Shown here piece after piece: positions 56,763 to 64,000 of a stretch of 64,000 nt of DNA (position 1 is its first letter; each line of letters starts with the position of its first letter). The DNA comes from Clostridia bacterium (lineage in GTDB: Bacteria > Bacillota > Clostridia > Oscillospirales > CAG-272). The notes under the pieces were generated by a model. That model was given only the letters and a program-made list of their open reading frames with translations. It searched no databases and was not told the origin of the DNA. The stretch lies in the NCBI GenBank assembly GCA_017451735.1, contig JAFTNU010000036.1:9456-73455 (forward strand), given 5' to 3'. A program made the position numbers and the translations under genes.

Positions 56763-56867
56763 GCAAAAAGGCTCCAAATATAACAAACGGTGTGCGATTT
56801 TTATGACAAAACCGCTCCTTGGGTTTTATGCCGTTGTTCTTAACGGAGGATTTGCAAGCACAAAAAT

Positions 56868-56894
56868 TTCGGCAGAGATATTTTTTCTCTGCCG
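56868..56894 (+). terminator. hairpin terminator
   Basis: TCGGCAGAG / CTCTGCCGA stem followed by TTTGTG. Confidence 0.55.
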
Positions 56895-57074
56895 ATTTGT
56901 GTTATAATGAGGCTAACGAAAAGCCTCTTCCTTTGGGAGAGGTGGCGGCAAAGCTGACAAAGAAAATAAAATGGAGCAAATACCATTAAGCGCTCATCTT
57001 GTTAATCAATGAGAGAATCGGAAATATGCCGTAACTGCCCTCTCACCCGCTATCGCGGGGCAACACTATAATAC

Positions 57075-57098
57075 AAATGTAAAAGCATTTTTACATTT
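57075..57098. promoter_or_regulatory. 10-bp inverted repeat next to a TATAAT box (candidate operator of the XRE regulator)
   Basis: AAATGTAAAA-GCAT-TTTTACATTT lies immediately downstream of TATAAT (57067-57072). A related TGTAAAAG half-site occurs at 57111-57118. Confidence 0.5.
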
Positions 57099-57180
57099 AT
57101 GAAGCCGCATTGTAAAAGTGTTTGGATAGACAAAAAACGATTTGTAGTGTATCATTCAAACAGATAAAGGTGGTGAGAAT

Positions 57181-57840
57181 ATGGATATTGGATTAAAAAT
57201 CAAGGAAGCGCGCTTAGCCGCGCAGCTTACACAGGAGCAAGCTGCGGAAGCCCTTGGTGTGAGCAGACAAACAATGTCAAATTGGGAGAACAACAGAACA
57301 TACCCCGATATTATTAGTGTTATAAAAATGAGCGATTTATATGAAGTAAGTCTCGACCGCCTTTTGAAAGAAACGGAAAATACGACTATGACAAATTATA
57401 TCGATTATCTTGAAGAAAGCACCAATACTGTCAAACATCAAAGAAACCTATCTCAAACAATTTTGATTGCAACTTACCTGGGAATCTGGGCATTTTCTCT
57501 TATTGTATTTTGGTTTTTTATTAGCGCTTCTGATGCAATGGGATACAGCATTGTATTCCTATGGATTATACTCCCTGTTACTACATTAGTGATTTCTTTG
57601 TTAATAGGAAAAAGCAACTATTTTGGTAAACAGAAATGGCTATTACCTATTGCATTTGGTGTTATGCACACGCTGGCTGAATATGCAACCTTTAGTGTGA
57701 AAAACATGATTGCGATAAAGTTTGCCAGAATTAATGTTCCGCAGTTGGAAATGATATTGATTGGTGCATTATTTTCTGCTATTGGTTTGGGGATTGGCGG
57801 TTTTATCTATCAGATCAAATCCAATCGCAAGGAACAGTAA
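57181..57840 (+). CDS. membrane-anchored XRE-family HTH transcriptional regulator
   Basis: N-terminal Cro/C1 HTH (IKEARLAAQLTQEQAAEALGVSRQTMSNWENNRTYPD), followed by about 4 TM segments. The gene is AT-rich compared with its neighbours. Confidence 0.8.
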   Translation: MDIGLKIKEARLAAQLTQEQAAEALGVSRQTMSNWENNRTYPDIISVIKMSDLYEVSLDRLLKETENTTMTNYIDYLEESTNTVKHQRNLSQTILIATYLGIWAFSLIVFWFFISASDAMGYSIVFLWIILPVTTLVISLLIGKSNYFGKQKWLLPIAFGVMHTLAEYATFSVKNMIAIKFARINVPQLEMILIGALFSAIGLGIGGFIYQIKSNRKEQ

Positions 57841-57971
57841 ACAAATTCCAATTTGACGAGCAGAGTATACAGAAAACTCCATCACAGACTTTCGTCCATG
57901 ATGGAGTTTTCTTGTCCTATTCGGTTTTTTGTGATTTCTCACCAATTCCCAAGGAGCGGCTTTTGCGTATA

Positions 57972-59492
57972 TTATGCGAGCTTGACTTCTACGGTAACGA
58001 CCGATGCGCGGGGCACCTTGATATAACGCAAAGGCATATCCACAGGTGCGGCGGGCACGATGTTATCGGGCTCCTCAAAGGTATTGACGGTGTCGGGATT
58101 ATCGGCATGGAGCACCGTCACTTTAGCGTCGCCTGCGGCCTTGCCGCCTACGATCTCAAGGCTGATGGTTTCATCCTTTTTGAGGTCGGCATTGGTCAGC
58201 GTAACGGTCAGGACGCCATCCTTGACGCTGGCGGAGGTGGAGAACTGCTTGGCTGTTTTCTCGGTTCCGTCCTTAGGAGACTTATAGGTGATCACAGGAT
58301 TCTCCAGTGCGGTACGCACGGCGGTGGCACCCATATGCCCCTTATACATATCAAAGACATGATAGGTGGGGGTGGTGATGCAATGCTCGCCTGCGGCCAG
58401 GAACAGGCTCTGGATGTTGTTCATGACCTGGGCGATATTTGCCATACGAACCTTATCGCAGTTATTATTGAATATATTCAGTGTAAGACCTGCAACCAGT
58501 GCATCGCGCATGGTGGACTGCTGCTCATAAAGATTCATGCCGTTGGAGGGGCCACTGCCGCCCTGGGAGGGTCTGCCGCGCTTGTGCCAGGCGCCCCATT
58601 CGTCCACCACCAGCTTTGCCTTTTCCTGCATACCGTAGCCCACGATAAAGCCCCAGGCCTTGTCGATGACCTCCTGCATTTTGTCAGCGCGGCGCATCTG
58701 CTCATACCACTGATCGCTGTCATAGCCGCGGCACTCCTGACCGCCGCAGTAATAGTGGAGGGTGTAACCGGTGGACTTGCTGTAATGAATGTTGCGCAGC
58801 TCGCCAAGGCAACGCTTGGTCCAATCCATAGAGTCGGTGCCGTTTGCGCCCGAAATAAAGAGCTCGCCGCCCATGTAGCGGGTCAGATTATAGAGCACGG
58901 CCGCATACTTGCGATACTCGTGGGCATAGACCTCGGGGGTCATCTCGCCGCCGCCGCCCCAGGTCTCGTTACCGACGCCCCAGTACTTGACATTGAAGGG
59001 CTCGGGAGAGCCGTTCTTCTCACGCTCCAGCGCCAGCGTTGTGGAGCCGCGGGGAGAGTTGCAGTAATCCATCCAATCGCGGATGTCCATGGGGGTCATG
59101 GAGGTGATATTGGCACCGAAATAGGGCTCGGCACCGATCAGACGGCACAGGTCGATAAACTCGTGGGTGCCCACCTGATTGCTCTCCAGGCGGCCATCCT
59201 CATAGTCCCACCAGTTGTGGCGCTTGGGGCGCTGATCGCGGGGACCGATACCGTCGCGCCAGTTGTAGACCTCGGCAAAGCAGCCGCCGGGCCAACGAAG
59301 CACGGGGATGTGGATGGCGCGCAGCTTTTCAACAGCCTCCTTGCGGAAGCCCTTGATGTTGGGCACATCGGAATCTTCACCGACCCACAGACCGTCATAG
59401 AACACACCGCCGATGTGCTCGGAAAAATGGCCGTAAATGTCGGGGTTGATGGTGCCCAGCTCTTCGGGTAGCATGGCATACAGCTTTTTCAT
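57972..59492 (-). CDS. abfA: alpha-L-arabinofuranosidase, glycoside hydrolase family 51
   Basis: LRWPGGCF, YWGVGNETWG (acid/base Glu) and VDEWG (nucleophile Glu) motifs. 506 aa. Confidence 0.85.
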   Translation of the reverse strand: MKKLYAMLPEELGTINPDIYGHFSEHIGGVFYDGLWVGEDSDVPNIKGFRKEAVEKLRAIHIPVLRWPGGCFAEVYNWRDGIGPRDQRPKRHNWWDYEDGRLESNQVGTHEFIDLCRLIGAEPYFGANITSMTPMDIRDWMDYCNSPRGSTTLALEREKNGSPEPFNVKYWGVGNETWGGGGEMTPEVYAHEYRKYAAVLYNLTRYMGGELFISGANGTDSMDWTKRCLGELRNIHYSKSTGYTLHYYCGGQECRGYDSDQWYEQMRRADKMQEVIDKAWGFIVGYGMQEKAKLVVDEWGAWHKRGRPSQGGSGPSNGMNLYEQQSTMRDALVAGLTLNIFNNNCDKVRMANIAQVMNNIQSLFLAAGEHCITTPTYHVFDMYKGHMGATAVRTALENPVITYKSPKDGTEKTAKQFSTSASVKDGVLTVTLTNADLKKDETISLEIVGGKAAGDAKVTVLHADNPDTVNTFEEPDNIVPAAPVDMPLRYIKVPRASVVTVEVKLA

Positions 59493-59548
59493 GTTTTTGT
59501 TCTCCTTTTATGGTAAAATTTGAAAAAGTTTCATACGTTTGATGTTTT

Positions 59549-61591
59549 TTATGACAGGTACGTGATCTCGGTCTCATCGGGGGCAAGCTCAAACACAGTG
59601 ATGCTCCCCTGCTTGACGCCCTCTACGCGATCGCGCTTGTCAGTGGAAATGGCACTGACACCGAGGAAGGCGACCTGCCCACCCTCATAGAGCTTCACGC
59701 CCTTGGCAGACTTGCGCAGAATGGCCTTGGGAGAGATGAACTTATCAATGCGCCCCAGCGGCGTAACGGCCGTGCGGAGCGGATAGAAGATGTAAAGGCG
59801 GAACTCATCGTTATCGGCAAGCGCCACAGTCAGCGCCTCGCCCTTCTCCAGGATCTGCACGGCACCCGTCAACTGCTCACGAACCAGATAACGACCGTTG
59901 ACAAGCCCCGCCTCGGCGGCGGTGACAGTCCCCTGCTGCGGCTTGTTCTCGGCGTGGATGTTGAAGGCAGCCAGCAGGCCGCAGCCGTTGGCCTTACCAT
60001 GGATGAACAGCGGATGCTCCGCGGTGGTGGGGTCGTTCAACAGGCACTTCTGAATCGGGGTGGCCAGCACGTCGGGACGCAGGATGCGTCCGTCGTCAAA
60101 GCACAGGGGCTTCAGTACCTCGGGGCGGGAGCGTCCGATCTTGTCGCTGACATAGATCGGGCCGCCGGAGATGGCGCGGCAGATACTGTTTTTCTTGGCC
60201 TGCTCGTCGTCGGTCCACCACATATCCCAGTCGCTGAAATGGAACTGCCCCTGAAAAAGGGAGTTATAGGCGCACTGCTGAATATGCTTGGCGAACCACG
60301 CTCTGTTCTCGGGCATGAAGTCGCCGGAGCAACGGGAAATGCCGCTCTTGCGGCGGTTCCACATGGACTCGTTCCCCATACCCATGCAGTTGATGAGTGC
60401 ATTGCCGAAATGGGCCTCGGTCACATCCTCGATGGCATCCTGAATGGCCTTTGCCGCCACGCCAACGGGGTAGTAGGGCCTGTATTTGTTGCGATAGTGG
60501 GTCTGATTGTCGATCTTGACAAAGTCGGTCCCCGCCGCCTTCAGCATATCCTGCATGGCGGTATGGAAGCGGCAGGCGGACTTGTAGGTGGGCTTGACCA
60601 CGATATTGTCATTGGGCAGTGCCACCAGATCCTCAGCCAGCTCCTTGACAATTGGGCCGTCGGGATCCACGCCCTTCCAATAGCCGGTGGTGGGATACCA
60701 GACGCCCACAGTCAGACCCGCATCGTGCAGCTTTTGAATGGCACCGCCAAGACCGTTTGGAAAGCGCTTGGGATCGGCCTCCATGGCATAGAGCTTGCTT
60801 TGGTGCATGATCTTGACCATGGGACGAAATTCGATATCGGCGGGGACCTCATTCAGCCCCTTGACATGCCCCCACATATCGTCGATAATACACCAACGAA
60901 CGGGAATGTTCTTCTCCTTAAACTCGGCGGCCTTCTCCAGAAGCCCCGCCTCATTCACACGGATCTGCAGGGCATCCCAGGAGCACCAGCCCAGGTATTC
61001 AAAGATCGCAGGGTACTCTTTTTTGTCCACGGTCATGACACGGCCGTTCAGCAGCTTTTCGGCGGCTTTGGCCGCCTTTTTGATGACCGTGTGGGGGTCT
61101 TTTCCCGTAAAGTAGAGCAGCACGGGTGTTTTTCCAAGCTTGTGCTCTCCGTCGGAATAACTGGCGATCCTTGCCTCAAGTCCCTCGGCACCGCCGTGGA
61201 GGGTGCAGTTGAACACATCCCCGCACAACGACCAAAGCACACGCCAGCGATTTCCTTCTTTGAAAAGAAGGGCCTGGGTGCGGTCGGGGACGGTGGTGAA
61301 ATCCTCGCCAAAGGCAGGGCGGCACCAGAAAGCATCGGTTTTCATGCAATAGGCCATATAAGGAGCGGACTTCGTGGTAAAGCGCAGGGTCAGCGCCGCC
61401 TCTACATCAAAGTTTTGCGCGGGATCCTTCAGGTCGGCATCGGCATACAGGACATAACCACCCTCAAAGGGGATGTAGGTCACATCGGCGCAGGCACCTT
61501 TGGCACTGTAGGCGCCGCTTTGGCCCTTATGTAACAAAATTTCGCTACCGTCCGATGTTTTTATCGTTGCCTTGATGCTTTGTAAGATCAT
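59549..61591 (-). CDS. GH36-clan raffinose-synthase/Sip1-like alpha-galactosidase
   Basis: GWCSWDA, CIIDDMWG, VKIDNQ, SGDFMP and AISGGPIYVSD motifs. ATG 61591 overlaps the upstream stop (ATGA). Confidence 0.8.
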   Translation of the reverse strand: MILQSIKATIKTSDGSEILLHKGQSGAYSAKGACADVTYIPFEGGYVLYADADLKDPAQNFDVEAALTLRFTTKSAPYMAYCMKTDAFWCRPAFGEDFTTVPDRTQALLFKEGNRWRVLWSLCGDVFNCTLHGGAEGLEARIASYSDGEHKLGKTPVLLYFTGKDPHTVIKKAAKAAEKLLNGRVMTVDKKEYPAIFEYLGWCSWDALQIRVNEAGLLEKAAEFKEKNIPVRWCIIDDMWGHVKGLNEVPADIEFRPMVKIMHQSKLYAMEADPKRFPNGLGGAIQKLHDAGLTVGVWYPTTGYWKGVDPDGPIVKELAEDLVALPNDNIVVKPTYKSACRFHTAMQDMLKAAGTDFVKIDNQTHYRNKYRPYYPVGVAAKAIQDAIEDVTEAHFGNALINCMGMGNESMWNRRKSGISRCSGDFMPENRAWFAKHIQQCAYNSLFQGQFHFSDWDMWWTDDEQAKKNSICRAISGGPIYVSDKIGRSRPEVLKPLCFDDGRILRPDVLATPIQKCLLNDPTTAEHPLFIHGKANGCGLLAAFNIHAENKPQQGTVTAAEAGLVNGRYLVREQLTGAVQILEKGEALTVALADNDEFRLYIFYPLRTAVTPLGRIDKFISPKAILRKSAKGVKLYEGGQVAFLGVSAISTDKRDRVEGVKQGSITVFELAPDETEITYLS

Positions 61592-62265
61592 TTGTAAAGA
61601 ACCTCCGCCCAAAGTTTTTTCATATTGGTGAAGTCGGGCTCGGCCACCTCAACGCCGGGGCAGCCGAGCAAGCGCTCGGCGCTGACATCGGTGGTGATGG
61701 CAACGATCCTGCCGATGCCCGCGGCATATGCCGCACGGACACCCGATAGTGAATCCTCAAAGGCCACGCAATCGGCAGGCTCACGCCCCAGAATCTTGGC
61801 GGCACGGAGATAGACATCGGGGGCAGGCTTGCCCGGGAAGGTGCCGTCATCCAGCACCACACGGGTGCGATCGAACCACTTCCCCAGCTTAAATTCGTCA
61901 AAGTAAAAATCCACGTTGGTGCGCTCACAGCCGGTGGCAATGGTAAAATCCACTCCCTCGGCCTTGAGAAAATCAAAAAACTCGGGGGCTCCCGCAGTCA
62001 GACGGCAGGTGGTGGGATCCTCGCGGCAAACATCGCGATAGATCGCCTCCTTTTCCAACGTGTGCGCCGAAATATCCGCTTTGGAAATCTTCTCACCGAA
62101 GATACCGCGCAGAACAGATTCGGTGGTGCGTCCCAGGTCAAGGGAGCGAAGCTCCCCGTCGTCTGCGCCCTTGCCGTATTTCACAAGAAAGCGCTTCCAC
62201 GCCTCGCGATGCTTGTCGGCATCGGGAAACAGGGTCCCGTTGAAGTCGAAAATAACAGATCTCAT
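61588..62265 (-). CDS. HAD-superfamily hydrolase (beta-phosphoglucomutase/phosphatase-like)
   Basis: VIFDFNGTLF (motif I), TGCER (motif II region), and FEDSLSG (motif IV region). Motif I reads D-x-N rather than D-x-D. Confidence 0.75.
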   Translation of the reverse strand: MRSVIFDFNGTLFPDADKHREAWKRFLVKYGKGADDGELRSLDLGRTTESVLRGIFGEKISKADISAHTLEKEAIYRDVCREDPTTCRLTAGAPEFFDFLKAEGVDFTIATGCERTNVDFYFDEFKLGKWFDRTRVVLDDGTFPGKPAPDVYLRAAKILGREPADCVAFEDSLSGVRAAYAAGIGRIVAITTDVSAERLLGCPGVEVAEPDFTNMKKLWAEVLYK

Positions 62266-62283
62266 AGCTTTGGTCTCCTCCTA

Positions 62284-63114
62284 TCAGTGCGCATCGCGGC
62301 GCAGGGTAGCATTTTGAAAGACGGACAGGTCGATGGGGTTGTTTTCGGTTTTGGTGATCAAATCGGTAAAGGTCTTGCCCACCGAGGGGTATTTGGCCCC
62401 CGCCATGCGGTTATAGGGGAGCAATTCTACGGGAGAATCCCCCACAACGGTAGCGATTTTCGAAAGATTTTCGGTGGTATCGGTGATGTCGGGGATGAGC
62501 GGCACGCGAATGAGATAGGGCTTGCCGCTTTCCTTCAGACGCTTGAAGTTTTCCAGGATGGGGGCGTTATCCACGCCGGTGTAGCGGCGGTGAGCCTCCG
62601 AGTCGGCCAGCTTGATATCCATCATCACATAGTCCACCTCATCAAGAACACGCTTGAACACCTCGCCCGAGGCAAAGCCGGAGGTCTCGATGGCTTTGTG
62701 CACGGGCAAAAGGCGCAACAGCTCGATGGCGAATTCGTATTGCAGGAGCGGCTCCCCGCCGGAAAGCGTAACACCGCCCCCCGAGGATGCATAAAGCTCG
62801 GCATCCCGCATTAGGCGCTCGGCAAGGCTTTTTGCATCCCATTCCCGCCCCAACTCCTCAATCAGTCCCATGGGACAGGCGTGCAGGCACCTCCCCAGCC
62901 CCCGACATTCCGGGTGGTCACAGGGAATACGGCATCGACCGCAGTGCAGGCATCCGTTCTGTCTCACCAGAACGCCCCTGCCCCGCTCCAGCCCCTCCGG
63001 GTTATGGCACCAGATACAGCGTAAGGGGCATCCGCGGAAGAAGACGGTGGTACGAATCCCCGGCCCATCGTTGACCGAGAACTCCTTGATGTCGAAAATG
63101 TGACCCGTTGCCAT
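62284..63114 (-). CDS. glycyl-radical enzyme activating protein (radical SAM)
   Basis: DGPGIRTTVFFRGCPLRCIWCHNPE, plus an extra Cys-rich ferredoxin-like insert (CLHCGRCRIPC...CLHACP). Confidence 0.9.
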   Translation of the reverse strand: MATGHIFDIKEFSVNDGPGIRTTVFFRGCPLRCIWCHNPEGLERGRGVLVRQNGCLHCGRCRIPCDHPECRGLGRCLHACPMGLIEELGREWDAKSLAERLMRDAELYASSGGGVTLSGGEPLLQYEFAIELLRLLPVHKAIETSGFASGEVFKRVLDEVDYVMMDIKLADSEAHRRYTGVDNAPILENFKRLKESGKPYLIRVPLIPDITDTTENLSKIATVVGDSPVELLPYNRMAGAKYPSVGKTFTDLITKTENNPIDLSVFQNATLRRDAH

Positions 63115-64000
63115 TAAACCGTGTACTCCTGGCGTGCAATAACGTGATCCTGGTATTCCTTATCCAGCTCTACAAAATAGGCGCTCCAGCCCCAGATGCG
63201 CACCACCAGCTGAGCATACTGCTCGGGGTGCTTCTGTGCCTCCTTCATCTTATCGGCATTGACGGCATTGAGCTGCATCTGATGACCGCCCTTCATGACA
63301 AAATACCGCACCAGCTCGGCCAATTTATTGACGCTATCGGGCGCATTGAACATGGAGGAAGCAAATTCAAGGGTCAAGGGGCCGCCGTTACAGCAACGGG
63401 CCACATGCTGTTTGGTAAAGGAACGGATCACCGAGGTGGGGCCGTCGATCTTTGCAAACAAATTAGGGGAGAAGTTGGTGCCGAAGGGCTCACCCTTGCG
63501 GCGGCCGTCGGCGGTGGCACCCACCTCGGCGGCGTGCCAGAGATAATACATAGCCGTTCCGGTGCCCGCGCGGTAGATACCGCCGTAGGCGTTTTTCTTG
63601 CCCGAAAGGCCGTCGGCAAAGTCATCCAGCAAGCGGGTGGCAAGCAGGTCCACATCGTCATTATCGCACCCCATTTTGGGGGATTCGTAACGAAGCAGGT
63701 GCAGAAGATCGGGATCCTTGGCAAAATCGTCCGAGAGGCCGGACAGCAATCGATCCACGGTCACATCCTTCCGATCAAAGGCGTGCGTCTTCACCGCGGA
63801 CAGCGCATCTGCGGCGGAGGCAATGCCCGTGCCGTGGAATCCGAAGTTGCGGTAGCGGCGCTCGGTAATGAGCATATCCATCAAGGGCGAGGGCAGGAAG
63901 GGCGCGGCAGATTTGAGAGCGGTCATCGCGGCGGCCTCGGCCTTGACGGTGGCGTCTACTTCCTTCATAAACGCATCGAAATCGGGCGCGTTCGCCAATT
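63114..64000 (-). CDS. glycyl radical enzyme (PFL2/glycerol-dehydratase family), C-terminal part; continues past the right edge
   Basis: The C-terminus QLVVRIWGWSAYFVELDKEYQDHVIARQEYTV aligns with the glycyl-radical loop RV.GYS of GREs. The activase gene is immediately downstream (TAATG junction). Confidence 0.8.
   Translation of the reverse strand, partial: LANAPDFDAFMKEVDATVKAEAAAMTALKSAAPFLPSPLMDMLITERRYRNFGFHGTGIASAADALSAVKTHAFDRKDVTVDRLLSGLSDDFAKDPDLLHLLRYESPKMGCDNDDVDLLATRLLDDFADGLSGKKNAYGGIYRAGTGTAMYYLWHAAEVGATADGRRKGEPFGTNFSPNLFAKIDGPTSVIRSFTKQHVARCCNGGPLTLEFASSMFNAPDSVNKLAELVRYFVMKGGHQMQLNAVNADKMKEAQKHPEQYAQLVVRIWGWSAYFVELDKEYQDHVIARQEYTV

Overview
This is a 64-kb chromosomal segment from a GC-rich, spore-forming Firmicute (by eye about 55-60 % GC, not computed). 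I infer class Clostridia from gene content and synteny: spoIVA, yabM-mazG-hup-yabO-yabP-yabQ-divIC, recJ-relA-dtd-hemZ and cdaA-cdaR. About 55 genes are densely packed, mostly on the minus strand, and many are joined by ATGA start/stop overlaps.

Content: FeoAB, a yybP-ykoY Mn riboswitch with mntP, a biotin-dependent carboxyltransferase cluster, three tandem M42 peptidases, murD, a GyrB/ParE-family subunit, several glycoside hydrolases (two GH36-type, GH51, one large tentatively GH63/MGH1-like enzyme), and a glycyl-radical enzyme with its activase at the right edge. No rRNA, CRISPR array, transposase or integrase is visible.

Five things deserve a second look:
- A tandemly duplicated, hairpin-studded element lies directly 3' of tRNA-Val(GAC) and in front of an AT-rich four-helix-bundle (23S rRNA IVS/Avd family) gene. 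Its AT-rich spacers are mutually complementary.
- A 1038-aa protein has a zinc ribbon, a TIR domain, a single TM helix and a BspA-type LRR. This is the parts list of a Toll-like receptor.
- A MarR-linked pair of DUF5131 (Gp37/Gp68) paralogues has one copy fused to a PNPOx-like domain, behind a duplicated palindromic operator.
- TAG behaves oddly. Only 1 of about 54 terminal stops is TAG, yet two otherwise intact genes (recJ and a small membrane protein) carry a single in-frame TAG.
- There are homopolymer-associated frame problems in an esterase and possibly in yabQ.

All family assignments come from motif recognition in the supplied translations. No searches were run.
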